64,000 nt of DNA from an uncultured Fibrobacterota bacterium (GTDB taxonomy: Bacteria > Fibrobacterota > Chitinivibrionia > Chitinivibrionales > CAYFVL01): NCBI GenBank assembly GCA_964586285.1, contig CAZPHU010000002.1, forward strand, positions 1,499 through 65,498, written 5' to 3'. The translations under genes and the position numbers were made by a program. The notes under the pieces were generated by a model, which was given only the letters and a program-made list of their open reading frames with translations, made no database searches and was not told the DNA's origin. Positions 17,852 to 27,579 of this stretch are shown one piece after another (position 1 is the stretch's first letter; every line of letters begins with the position of its first letter).

Positions 17852-18289
17852 TTATTTTGTTTGGCGTTCAACAGTTTCCCGATCGACGTTTTGACGCAAA
17901 GCATCAGCAAAAGATCTATCTAGTTTGATCGGTGTCGCATCTTTTGAATCGGAATCTATGATGTATACAGGAGTGGGATTATCAAGATAACCGACAACTT
18001 CTGCATCATCGAACATAAACTTTTTACCGGAAGAAGCTGCAACTAGACGTTTTTCAACCCATCCTACTGTTCCGTTATCTGCTCTTACCTTGTAGTGATT
18101 GCGTCCGGTTTCCAGCACCTGAAGACGATCCTCTACACTAACCGTAAGGATTGCTTCGTCATATGTGTTTCGTGTCTGATTTTCGTAAATACCAACGTTA
18201 CCCTTGGTTGGTTGCACAAATTTTGGAGCAGCTGCTATCAAACTGGTAAAGGCCAGCAACGAAAGCAGGGCAAGTGTGGTTAAGCGCAT
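17852..18289 (-). CDS. Secreted SH3b-domain protein
   Basis: The start at 18289 is preferred because AGGAGA lies 6 nt upstream. Signal peptide MRLTTLALLSLLAFTSLIAA. SH3b-like block YKVRADNGTVGWVEKRLV. Confidence 0.65.
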   Translation of the reverse strand: MRLTTLALLSLLAFTSLIAAAPKFVQPTKGNVGIYENQTRNTYDEAILTVSVEDRLQVLETGRNHYKVRADNGTVGWVEKRLVAASSGKKFMFDDAEVVGYLDNPTPVYIIDSDSKDATPIKLDRSFADALRQNVDRETVERQTK

Positions 18290-18397
18290 AATTATCTCCT
18301 TTAAACGACTATCGACTTTAGAATGTTTCATGACTATAATAATAAATAAAAACTACCAGAAAATCAACACCTGGCGTATTTTTATCAACATTTTCTA

Positions 18398-19846
18398 TTA
18401 AATCGAAGCGAAGTCCATATCTTTAACCGCTTTTGTTTCATCCAGACGAGAAACAAAGGTGGAGGTGGGAGCGGCATGAAGCTGCTCGGGATCCATATCT
18501 ACTTTGTGTGCAATCTCCTTTAATGCGTTCACAAATAAATCCAGAGTTTCTTTACTTTCTGTTTCCGTCGGTTCAACCATCATTGCTTCCTTGATTATCA
18601 ATGGAAAATAGACGGTTGGTGGGTGAAAACCTTTATCCGCCAGAGCTTTTGCAATATCCACGGCGCGAATACCCGCTGAAGCCTGTTTTTTTGATGTCAT
18701 GACAAATTCATGCATGCATGTCCTAAAAAAGGGTATGTCAAATGTATTCTTAAGAGAGTGCATTAGATAGTTTGCATTGAGTACTGCGTTTTCAGAAACT
18801 TCGACAAGTCCGCTTCCGCCCTGTGATAGAATGTACGCGTAAGCTTTGAGACATACGCCGAAATTGCCGTAGAATGGCGCTATATAGCCTATGGAGTTTG
18901 GATAGTCGTAGTTCAGAGCATATGTACCGTCTTCCCGTTTACATATTCGAGAGATCGGAAGATACTGCACAAGTTTTTCTGAAACTCCAACCGGTCCGGC
19001 ACCAGGACCACCGCCTCCGTGAGGAGTTGAAAATGTCTTATGTAGATTCACATGTACCACATCAAAATTTGCGTCGCCCGGACGAAATTTGCCCATAATC
19101 GCATTCAAATTGGCTCCATCATAGTAAAGAAGAGCATCATACTTATGAGCAATTTCGGCTATCTCATCTATCCGGCTGTTAAAAATGCCCAAAGTATTTG
19201 GGTTTGTCAGCATGATTGCCGCAGTTTGATCGCTTATCATTTTATTCAATGCATCTATATCGAGTGCACCGGAATCTCGATCCGTAGGCACCGAACGTAC
19301 CTTATATCCAGCAATTGCCGCGCTGGAGGGGTTGGTTCCGTGGGCCTCATCGGGAATAAGCACCTCATACTTTTTATTTCCACTATGCTTGTGATACGCC
19401 GCAATCAACATCATACCGGTAAGTTCTCCGTGTGCTCCGGCCATCGGTTGAAGAGTAAATGCTTCCATACCGCATATTTCACAAAGCAACTGTTCTAACT
19501 CATACAATACTGCCAAGGCACCCTGTGTTAACATACCGCCTCGCCTTAGTTGTGGTAGTAGCGGATGTAGTGATGAGAAACCTTTCATATTGGCAATCGC
19601 CTCGGTAAATTTGGGGTTGTACTTCATTGTACATGATCCAAGTGGATAGAAGTTCGTGTCTACACCATAGTTTCTTCTGGAAAGTTCGGTAAAATGACGA
19701 ACTACATCAAGCTCCGACAGTTCACTTAGCTTAAGAGGTGTTTTTCGCAAATATGACTCTGGAACTGAAGCTGACTTTGGCACATCACATTCCGGAAGTC
19801 TAACTCCTCGTCTCCCCGGCACCGATTTATCGAATATTACTGACAT
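18398..19846 (-). CDS. gcvPB: Glycine dehydrogenase (decarboxylating) subunit 2
   Basis: 482 aa with the PLP-lysine block NLHKTFSTPHGGGGPG. 10-nt overlap with gcvPA. Confidence 0.95.
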   Translation of the reverse strand: MSVIFDKSVPGRRGVRLPECDVPKSASVPESYLRKTPLKLSELSELDVVRHFTELSRRNYGVDTNFYPLGSCTMKYNPKFTEAIANMKGFSSLHPLLPQLRRGGMLTQGALAVLYELEQLLCEICGMEAFTLQPMAGAHGELTGMMLIAAYHKHSGNKKYEVLIPDEAHGTNPSSAAIAGYKVRSVPTDRDSGALDIDALNKMISDQTAAIMLTNPNTLGIFNSRIDEIAEIAHKYDALLYYDGANLNAIMGKFRPGDANFDVVHVNLHKTFSTPHGGGGPGAGPVGVSEKLVQYLPISRICKREDGTYALNYDYPNSIGYIAPFYGNFGVCLKAYAYILSQGGSGLVEVSENAVLNANYLMHSLKNTFDIPFFRTCMHEFVMTSKKQASAGIRAVDIAKALADKGFHPPTVYFPLIIKEAMMVEPTETESKETLDLFVNALKEIAHKVDMDPEQLHAAPTSTFVSRLDETKAVKDMDFASI

Positions 19847-21174
19847 AAAGCAGCCTCCAAGGTCTCAGCCAATTGGCCGATCTCAAATTTGGAACGTTTC
19901 TCCGTTACCGCGATTAATAAGTAGTTTTCCATGCTTTGGTAGTAACGCCCCAAAGGAAAACCGGCCGCAAAACCACGTTCAATCATGCGTCCTGCAACTT
20001 CACCCGCATCACATTGAAGACGAACGGTAAACTCATTGAAGGTGGGTGATGATTGCATCACTTCAACCCCGGGTATTTCTTTGATACGTTGCTTCGTATA
20101 GTTAGCTTTCTCCAGACACAGCTGAGCAACTTCCTTTAGTCCCTGGGGACCTAAAAGGCTGAGATAAATATGGGCACGAAGCGCACAAAGAGCTTGATTC
20201 GTACAAATATTGGAAGTCGCTTTCTCTCGACGGATGTGCTGTTCACGGGCCTGAAGAGTCAGCACAAACCCTTCTTTACCATTCTTATCAACGGTTCGTC
20301 CAGCAATGCGTCCCGGTATCTTACGAACCAGCTCTTTGGTGGTTGCCATAAAACCCAAATAGGGCCCTCCAAATGACAGCGGTATACCAAGTGACTGACC
20401 TTCTCCGGTGGCGATATCAATGCCCATCTCTCCAGGCGTTTTTAGAAGTGCCATCGCTATTGGATAGACCGATTGAATGCTTATAATGCCAAGACTTTTA
20501 CATTTTTCAGCGATATCGGAATGATTATCGATTACACCAAAGAAGTTTGGGTTCTGAAGCACAACGGCTGCTGTCTTGTCATCAAGCTCCTCAAAAAGGT
20601 GATTCCGATCACTCTGGCCGTGTGAAACCGCGACTTCTTTGAATTCAATCGACAAGTTTCCGGTATATGAATAGAGCATCTTTCGATAGATCGGATTGAC
20701 GCCGCCGTCTATAACTATTCTGTTGCGCCCCGTGGCACTGATTGCCATCTGGCAAGCTTCATAAAGTGCTGTGCCTCCATCATACACGGATGCGTTGGAG
20801 ACCTCCATGTTGGTAAGTCTGCACATATCCGATTGATATTCGTATATTGCCTGTAGTGTTCCTTGAGAAAGTTCGGGTTGATAGGGAGTATAGGAGGTGT
20901 AAAATTCGCTCCTGGATGCCAAAGCATCTACGGCGGCCGGGATAAAATGGTCGTAAAAGCCGGCTCCCATAAAATTAGTCAGATGCGAAAAATTCTGAGA
21001 AGATAACCTGGAAAGAATGTCCCAGACCTCAAACTCCGATTTCCCTTTTGGTAGATTGAATGACTTGGGACGAAGCCTCCGAGGAATGTCAGCAAATAAA
21101 TCCTCAATTTTTTCAAATCCACAGATTCGGAGCATTTCTTTTTGCTGTTGAGGCGTGTTGGCTATGTAGCTCAT
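19837..21174 (-). CDS. gcvPA: Glycine dehydrogenase (decarboxylating) subunit 1
   Basis: 445 aa with typical P-protein alpha-subunit blocks (FMGAGFYDHFIP, SYTPYQPE). Sits between gcvH and gcvPB. Confidence 0.95.
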   Translation of the reverse strand: MSYIANTPQQQKEMLRICGFEKIEDLFADIPRRLRPKSFNLPKGKSEFEVWDILSRLSSQNFSHLTNFMGAGFYDHFIPAAVDALASRSEFYTSYTPYQPELSQGTLQAIYEYQSDMCRLTNMEVSNASVYDGGTALYEACQMAISATGRNRIVIDGGVNPIYRKMLYSYTGNLSIEFKEVAVSHGQSDRNHLFEELDDKTAAVVLQNPNFFGVIDNHSDIAEKCKSLGIISIQSVYPIAMALLKTPGEMGIDIATGEGQSLGIPLSFGGPYLGFMATTKELVRKIPGRIAGRTVDKNGKEGFVLTLQAREQHIRREKATSNICTNQALCALRAHIYLSLLGPQGLKEVAQLCLEKANYTKQRIKEIPGVEVMQSSPTFNEFTVRLQCDAGEVAGRMIERGFAAGFPLGRYYQSMENYLLIAVTEKRSKFEIGQLAETLEAALCQ

Positions 21175-21554
21175 GCATTTTTCTCCAGATAACTCTCATA
21201 TGCTTTAGCATCCATAAGAGAATCAGCTGATGCAGAATCAAAGTTTTTGACTTTATAAAGCCAACCCATTTCGTAAGGAGATTTATTGATTCTTTCGGGC
21301 TCACTTCCCAGTTCGTTATTAATTTCAACTACTTCACCACCAACAGGCGAATAAATATCGCTAGCTGCTTTTACCGACTCTATTACGCCACATTCTTTAC
21401 CCTTCTGAAGCTCAGAACCGATTTCCGGAAGTTCAACAAAAGTAATGTCACCCAGGGAGTCCTGCGCATGGTCGCTTATTCCAACTACGGCAATATCACC
21501 CTCAATTTTAACCCATTCGTGTGTTTGGGTGTACTTTAATTCCTCTGGAATCAT
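21171..21554 (-). CDS. gcvH: Glycine cleavage system H protein
   Basis: 127 aa with THEWV and the lipoyl-lysine motif ESVKAASD. Confidence 0.95.
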   Translation of the reverse strand: MIPEELKYTQTHEWVKIEGDIAVVGISDHAQDSLGDITFVELPEIGSELQKGKECGVIESVKAASDIYSPVGGEVVEINNELGSEPERINKSPYEMGWLYKVKNFDSASADSLMDAKAYESYLEKNA

Positions 21555-21618
21555 AGGTTACCTCCTTCTTATTTTTGTGAACTCTATAGCAAAAATGAAT
21601 AGTTTATATTACGATTGA

Positions 21619-22737
21619 TCAAAACCTGTCCAAAAACTGCGTGAGTTCCTTCCTCCCTGTAGCCTCTTTATACATTGGGAGCTCAGATATCTTTGCCGCT
21701 AGCTCTTGACGTTCGGTTCGGATCATGACCGGGGTTTGTGGGATGCAAAAACACTTTTCAACATAGCCCAAGGCTACGGCACACCCTAATGAAGGCCCGA
21801 AGCTACCGCTGGTGACATACCCTATAGTTTTATCTTCCCGGGATACTACCACATCACCCGCGCGCGCGGCTCTTTTACCCTCAAGCTTCAACCCAACCAG
21901 TCGAAAAGTGGCTTTGTCTGGATCATTTACGACTTTCGAACCAATGAACTCTTTATCTGATGAAATTGCTTTTGAAATCCCAGTCTGGGCGGGATTGGTC
22001 TTGTCATTCAATTCATGTCCATAAAGAGGCATTCCCATTTCAAGCCTCAATGTGTCGCGTGCACCCAAACCGGCCGGACGCGCTCCGCGGACAATTAGTT
22101 CGTCCCACAGTTTTGAGGCAATTTGGTTTGAAACATATACCTCGAAACCAATCTCTCCGGTATATCCTGTTCTGCTGATCAGAATACGTTCGCCTTTATA
22201 CTCATTGTGCATGAATCGAAAATATTTCAGGCAATCGATAGGGGTTTTCACTACCTGCTGCATGATTTGAGCCGAAAGCGGTCCCTGAAGATCAATCTTT
22301 GCTGTTTTGGAGGAAATATCCTCTATTTCCGTTTCCTCTGAAACATGATTCTTCAACCACTGGTAATCCTTCTGTTTCGTACCGGCATTAACAACCATGA
22401 AAAATTCATTCTCGCCAAGGCGATAGATAATCTGATCATCGACGGCCCCGCCCAATTCATTGCAAATAAAGCCGTATCGACACTGTCCTATTTCCATGGA
22501 GGCGATTGCACAGCTTAAAATGGCTTCCATATCTCTGGTTGAATTCTTTCCTTTTATATAAAATTCTCCCATGTGACAGGTGTCAAATAAGGAAGCTTTT
22601 GTTCTGGTCCATTGATGTTCATTTATTATCCCATCATATTGAATTGGCATTTCAAATCCGCCGAAAGGCGCCATTTTTGCCCCCAGTTCAATATGCTTAT
22701 CATATAAAACAGTCTTTTTCATGGATTCTACTTTCAT
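21619..22737 (-). CDS. gcvT: Aminomethyltransferase (glycine cleavage T protein)
   Basis: 372 aa with FGGFEMPIQY and ISRTGYTGE blocks. First gene of the gcv cluster. Confidence 0.95.
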   Translation of the reverse strand: MKVESMKKTVLYDKHIELGAKMAPFGGFEMPIQYDGIINEHQWTRTKASLFDTCHMGEFYIKGKNSTRDMEAILSCAIASMEIGQCRYGFICNELGGAVDDQIIYRLGENEFFMVVNAGTKQKDYQWLKNHVSEETEIEDISSKTAKIDLQGPLSAQIMQQVVKTPIDCLKYFRFMHNEYKGERILISRTGYTGEIGFEVYVSNQIASKLWDELIVRGARPAGLGARDTLRLEMGMPLYGHELNDKTNPAQTGISKAISSDKEFIGSKVVNDPDKATFRLVGLKLEGKRAARAGDVVVSREDKTIGYVTSGSFGPSLGCAVALGYVEKCFCIPQTPVMIRTERQELAAKISELPMYKEATGRKELTQFLDRF

Positions 22738-22808
22738 GCAAACCTCTGTAGGGAGATTGATTCGAGCGTAGCAAAATATAAAAAGGTCGCCAAACCGGCC
22801 ATAAGAAT

Positions 22809-23816
22809 TTATGCGTTTTCATTATCTTTAACAGTATTTCGGTCAATTAATCGACACGGCAACTCTATGATTGATGTTTTTTGATGTAGGCGAATGTCCG
22901 GTTGGGTTATTAAATTCGCCGCTATCGTTCCCCCTGTGCGATAGCCGAAATCTACCGATGTAAGTCTATGGTCACCCATAGTACTGTTGTCGAATCCGGC
23001 TACAGACATACTATCAGGAATATTTATTCCCTCCTGTTCACAAAATTTCAAATACCTGATTGCAGTCTTATCGTTACTGCCGACGACAGCCGAACAGCCT
23101 GATTTAAGAATTTCTTTATGGAGGTATGTTTCCGCAATTTTCATCTGTTGAGAATGCGCCTTTTGTATGATCGTTGCAAATTGAGTGATTGAAACAAGTT
23201 CGGAAACTTCAGTTCCCAGTTTATGCGCGATGTTTTTCACATCGATTTTGTCCATTTTCTTCGAAAGAATACCCATTTTTAGTCGATAACTCTTTGCCGC
23301 AATCGGATCATGTTGCATTTGAATAACTTCGGTATTGGAGGATAGTTCATTTATCGCTTTAACAAAACGATTTAACCGAATGTTTTCCCAAATGTTATCT
23401 TCAATCGACTTTAGAAAAAATATTCTTTTGTGCCCTTTGGCTATCAGGTGACGGGCAAGAATGTTAACTGCCGCTTCCTCATTTTTTACCAAAAGGTAGC
23501 TCTCAGGATATGAGGCAATCACCTTTTCACTGAAAGAAAGAGAAAAATCTGTAAACACAGTCGGTCGGTTGATTCGAAGCACCGTTTCAGGATTCATTTC
23601 GCCGCAGGTAGATAAAAAAATGATTCCGAGGCTGTCTGGATTTGTCGCTATTTGAAAAAAAGAAGGATCTCCAAGGCTGATATTCAGCCATTTAAGGGCC
23701 GTGTTGCTATAAAAGCCGCTGGCCTCCAGACCTTCACAAAACTTCCAGCATTCTTCATCTTCCGTTGAAGGATAGATGTTCAACCCGCGATAGTACAGGT
23801 GTACATTTTTTTTCAT
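22809..23816 (-). CDS. LacI-type periplasmic-binding-fold sensor domain protein lacking the N-terminal HTH
   Basis: 335 aa. The C-terminal block AVVGSNDKTAIRYLKFCEQEGINIPDSMSVAGFDNS is typical of the LacI/GalR ligand-binding core. The N-terminus (MKKNVHLYYRGLNIYPSTEDEE) has no HTH. Confidence 0.6.
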   Translation of the reverse strand: MKKNVHLYYRGLNIYPSTEDEECWKFCEGLEASGFYSNTALKWLNISLGDPSFFQIATNPDSLGIIFLSTCGEMNPETVLRINRPTVFTDFSLSFSEKVIASYPESYLLVKNEEAAVNILARHLIAKGHKRIFFLKSIEDNIWENIRLNRFVKAINELSSNTEVIQMQHDPIAAKSYRLKMGILSKKMDKIDVKNIAHKLGTEVSELVSITQFATIIQKAHSQQMKIAETYLHKEILKSGCSAVVGSNDKTAIRYLKFCEQEGINIPDSMSVAGFDNSTMGDHRLTSVDFGYRTGGTIAANLITQPDIRLHQKTSIIELPCRLIDRNTVKDNENA

Positions 23817-23837
23817 CTGTATTGCTCATGATCGTTA

Positions 23838-23862
23838 CTCCGGCAAAAAGCCGGAGTCCGGC
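23838..23862 (-). terminator. Terminator-like element with two mutually exclusive hairpins
   Basis: Minus strand reads GCCGG-act-CCGGC-TTTTT-GCCGGAG. The middle arm can pair upstream, giving a hairpin plus a T5 run, or downstream, giving CTCCGGC/GCCGGAG with the T5 in the loop. The element lies between the esterase stop and the LacI-like start. Confidence 0.35.
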
Positions 23863-24000
23863 GTTCTTGATTGATTGTATTCATTCTTTTTGAGAAGTTA
23901 CACTCTGTGTTGTTACCTTATGGTCCATCATTTGTCGGGTCCAAACGCAATAGCTGTTCCAAATCTCCGGCAGCTAAATCTTTTGTGAAAATCAACTCAT

Positions 24001-25203
24001 TTATTCGAATTTATTGATTTTGTAGCAAACTCTATTATCGACCCTTGGAATACTTAAGTGCATCATTTTCTCCATGATCAGTAATGTGGACATTGGCCTG
24101 GGCGAAAGGTGTCCGGAATAATTTCCTGACATCATTCGGATTCTCTTATTGGTAGTCCAGGGAGAAATAATCGTAAAACTCCTCGCGCCGGTTTGGCTGA
24201 TATGCAAAGTATCAACGCGCCAGTATGTAGTTATGTGAGCTGCCCCTCTGTTTAGTATGTCCAGTGAAAGCAAATTGTCGGCTCTTTGGGGAAAATTGGT
24301 CACAGAGTGCCATTTGACGGACTCGCATGACGGAAGCGACCAACGCTCAATAAGCATTCTCAAGGTGTCTAATTCCTGTGAACGGTAATCAAATCCATGT
24401 TGCTCTTGGGGATACACCTTGCGCTTGACAGAAACCCCGTATTTTTCAAGACTATCCAGGAAATCGTCTACCAATGAAATCGGATAAAGGCGGTCATTAC
24501 CCGCATTTATGTTGTAAATCGGGCGCTGCGTCAGATTTTGGGGCATAAGTTTCATGCCCAGATGCGGAAGCATACCACCAAACCCGGAAACCGCGAAAAA
24601 ACCGGCAAATGGTGAACTGATGGTGTTTGCGGCCGCATAACATCCGGTAGCACCATCCGAAACGCCTGCTAAAAAGACTTTTTGATGATCAACAGGGAAG
24701 TTAAGAGACATGAAACGAAGTGTCTGAAGGATTCGGTGCAATCCGGCGGTACTCCACCAGGGAGCGTTTCTGTTGGCGGAAGGACTTGCCAGAAAAAGCT
24801 TCATGCTGTCGCCAAGGAAAGAAAACATGTCGTATGCTTTCTCACCTTTGGTATTTTTATTGGTCCCAACACCGCCGTGAAGGTAAATGATTAGCGGATA
24901 TGAGGAATCGTTTGAAAAAGATTCCGGGGTACGATATCCGATAATATAGGGTGTTCCGAATGAGTCTACAAGCTCTGTTGCAGACCTCACATCGTGTTTT
25001 ACCCCTAAGCGTACCACTTCAACAAGAGAATCGACAATTTTTCTGGAGAGAGGAAAATTCTCAATTATTTTCTGTTTTTTTTCGGTTGGTTGGACGAACC
25101 AGGAACTAAATAGTTCGGCGGCATTTTCCGGCAGTTTTCTTTGAACACAACCAGACGCAAAAATCAAGAATTGCAGCGTAAGTAGATAGAAAAAAATTTT
25201 CAT
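24001..25203 (-). CDS. Alpha/beta-hydrolase (esterase/peptidase-like) lipoprotein
   Basis: Signal peptide with lipobox FASGC, an IIYLHGG oxyanion-type block and the nucleophile elbow GVSDG. Confidence 0.55.
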   Translation of the reverse strand: MKIFFYLLTLQFLIFASGCVQRKLPENAAELFSSWFVQPTEKKQKIIENFPLSRKIVDSLVEVVRLGVKHDVRSATELVDSFGTPYIIGYRTPESFSNDSSYPLIIYLHGGVGTNKNTKGEKAYDMFSFLGDSMKLFLASPSANRNAPWWSTAGLHRILQTLRFMSLNFPVDHQKVFLAGVSDGATGCYAAANTISSPFAGFFAVSGFGGMLPHLGMKLMPQNLTQRPIYNINAGNDRLYPISLVDDFLDSLEKYGVSVKRKVYPQEQHGFDYRSQELDTLRMLIERWSLPSCESVKWHSVTNFPQRADNLLSLDILNRGAAHITTYWRVDTLHISQTGARSFTIISPWTTNKRIRMMSGNYSGHLSPRPMSTLLIMEKMMHLSIPRVDNRVCYKINKFE

Positions 25204-25284
25204 ATAGCCATTTTCTTAAGAAACCATCTTCAATACAAAATAGAAGATGCAAAAAGTGTTTGCAGATTCAATGAAAAAGGTGAA

Positions 25285-27579
25285 TCAACTTTTCTCCCAT
25301 TTATTACCTGTAAATTGGTGGATTTGGAAGTTGCCATTTCTCCAGATACGAACCCTGCCGGCGCCCTTGCTGATATTTAATTTTGATACCTGACTCAATG
25401 GTGCTCCCGTTATAATTATGGGAGAATCGAGGTAAATTTTCATATTCAACATCCCCTCATTATTGGAGTCTGGTTGATTGTTGGAAGAGAATGGCAAAAA
25501 GGAGAGTTGAAAATCACCTATTTTCAAATCAATGGCTAATTCGGTCCTGTTCAGATGCGAAACAACTTTTACAGACGCAGTACAACCCGCCATTGGATAA
25601 AGGGTTGCAGATTCTCTGATTTGTATGTGTCTCGTGCCGTATGTTGTAAGGAAATCGGAGAGATCTCGGGTCGTGAATCGATTAGGTAGTTTCAAGTGGC
25701 TTGTTATCAGGATATTTGGAATGTCGTTGATGAATATAGGTGCCAGGCAATGAACCGGATTGGTTTCGGCTCGCGCCATGATGAATAGGTCGAGCGGATT
25801 TGTGCGATTTTGTCTTTGCCATGGTGTTATTCGATTTGAGCACGTGTATTCCCATTGTTTAAGATCAGGAGTTCCAATCACCCATTTCGAACCATTGGAA
25901 TAACTGATACCGGCCATGTTGTATTTGCCTGTATTAAAAAGGGTGATTTCAACATAATCGCGATTCCTTTGCAAGAGAATAAGAGTTGCCGATGTTATTA
26001 GAAATAAAGGAAAGGCCCAAAGAATATACCTTTTTATAAATCGAGATCGAATGACAATCATTCCAACGAAAAAGAGATAATAAACAATCCAGACGCTTTT
26101 AGGTGCTGCGGGAAGGAGGGGGGCTTGTTTCAGAGTGGTAGAAGTTTCAGCCAACCAAATCATTAGATCCAGAGGACAGCTTGCCGCTGATATTAGCCAG
26201 GAAGTTGGTCCCGGTAGTAGCCAAAAAAAACAGATCCCAACGGAAAAAATACACATGCTCAATGCCATACAGAACACAGCAGCGACATTGGTTATCAGTC
26301 CAACAACCGGGACCGTCCCGAAATGAACGTGTAAAATAGGTGCGGTACCTAAAAAACCTGCCGTAGAGACCATCAAAGAGCCTATAAGGAAATTTGTGGT
26401 GGGTTTGAATGGAAATTGCGGCAAATGGCTGATCAAGTATTTGATTACAGGCTGAGCGAAAATGATAAAAGCTGTGGCGGTAAAGGAAAGCTGATATCCT
26501 GGAGTAAAAAGCGATTCCGGGGAAAATACAAGCCAAATGCACCCTGCAACTCCCAATGTGTTGAGTAAGTACTGTTTCCTTTGGAAAAAATAGGTCAGAG
26601 AAATGATCGTAACCATCACTGCCGCTCTGACCAAAGAGGGTATCGGACCTATGAAAAGTACGTAACTCCACACTAAAGTAAGAGTAATGACTTTCTTTCG
26701 ACCGGGATTAATAGGAAAAGCTGCCAGAAAAAAAAGGCTTATCATTACAAGAATAGCCATATGCAGCCCCGATATCGCCAACAGGTGAAAAATCCCTGCT
26801 TTGCGGAAAATTGATTTCAAATCTTCAGACAGGTATAATTTTTCGCCAAGAAATGAGGCTTGAAGAATCGAGGCGTGTGCGGGATTTTGGAATTCATCCA
26901 ATATTCTATGTACATACGATCTGAAAGATTGTCCAAAATGCATGAAAGCGGAAGCACTTTGTTTTTCTATACGAATGGAATCCGCATAAATGGAACCCCA
27001 GAGATGAAGTGCTCTGTAATTTCGTGGAGTGTCGAAGCTGCCGGGGAAATAACGTCTCAGCGGCAGTTTGACTGTGCCCTCGATGCTGAGCAATGAATTT
27101 TGAGGTATTGGGATTTCGGAATAGAAACGAAACTTTTTACCCCTAAGATCGATTGAACCGTTTGGTCCTGTAAGAGTCGAGACGGAAATCGTTGTGCGAT
27201 AATAGTTGAGAAGTGGCAGTGATTGATCTATAGATCGACCTTGAATATGCGTACTTTCGAGTCGTTGCTGCCCTTGCATTACATCTCGCTCGAATTTCTG
27301 ATATCGGCTTTCGGATTGTGTAGAGATTAAGATACCCGCTACAAAAAAGAGAAAAACGCAAAAATGAAATCTGGGCAGCAGAATTATTCCAGCGCTGATA
27401 CTGAAAATAATTGCACCAGTCCAAAAGCCATTGTATAATCGGGAAAGAAAAGATGTTGGAATGATGTAATCGGCGATTCCTATTCCAAGGCTTAGTACAA
27501 TCCAAGCTAAAAATGCCGGCTGGTGTAGAGTTGTTTGGTTGAAAATGGTAGATAAGTTTGGAAGATGAGTGAGCCGCAT
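25285..27579 (-). CDS. comEC: ComEC/Rec2-family DNA internalisation channel protein
   Basis: Has an N-terminal DUF4131-like TM region and a polytopic competence domain (FRKAGIFHLLAISGLHMAIL). The start at 27579 is preferred (GGAG 8 nt upstream); the ORF track extends to 27627. Confidence 0.8.
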   Translation of the reverse strand: MRLTHLPNLSTIFNQTTLHQPAFLAWIVLSLGIGIADYIIPTSFLSRLYNGFWTGAIIFSISAGIILLPRFHFCVFLFFVAGILISTQSESRYQKFERDVMQGQQRLESTHIQGRSIDQSLPLLNYYRTTISVSTLTGPNGSIDLRGKKFRFYSEIPIPQNSLLSIEGTVKLPLRRYFPGSFDTPRNYRALHLWGSIYADSIRIEKQSASAFMHFGQSFRSYVHRILDEFQNPAHASILQASFLGEKLYLSEDLKSIFRKAGIFHLLAISGLHMAILVMISLFFLAAFPINPGRKKVITLTLVWSYVLFIGPIPSLVRAAVMVTIISLTYFFQRKQYLLNTLGVAGCIWLVFSPESLFTPGYQLSFTATAFIIFAQPVIKYLISHLPQFPFKPTTNFLIGSLMVSTAGFLGTAPILHVHFGTVPVVGLITNVAAVFCMALSMCIFSVGICFFWLLPGPTSWLISAASCPLDLMIWLAETSTTLKQAPLLPAAPKSVWIVYYLFFVGMIVIRSRFIKRYILWAFPLFLITSATLILLQRNRDYVEITLFNTGKYNMAGISYSNGSKWVIGTPDLKQWEYTCSNRITPWQRQNRTNPLDLFIMARAETNPVHCLAPIFINDIPNILITSHLKLPNRFTTRDLSDFLTTYGTRHIQIRESATLYPMAGCTASVKVVSHLNRTELAIDLKIGDFQLSFLPFSSNNQPDSNNEGMLNMKIYLDSPIIITGAPLSQVSKLNISKGAGRVRIWRNGNFQIHQFTGNKWEKS

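Noticed and set aside
22738-24000. A possible glycine riboswitch upstream of the gcv genes.
   Set aside because: The 71-nt gap before gcvT is too short. The 184-nt region before the LacI-like gene lacks the conserved glycine-riboswitch cores when read on the minus strand. Only simple GC hairpins are present.
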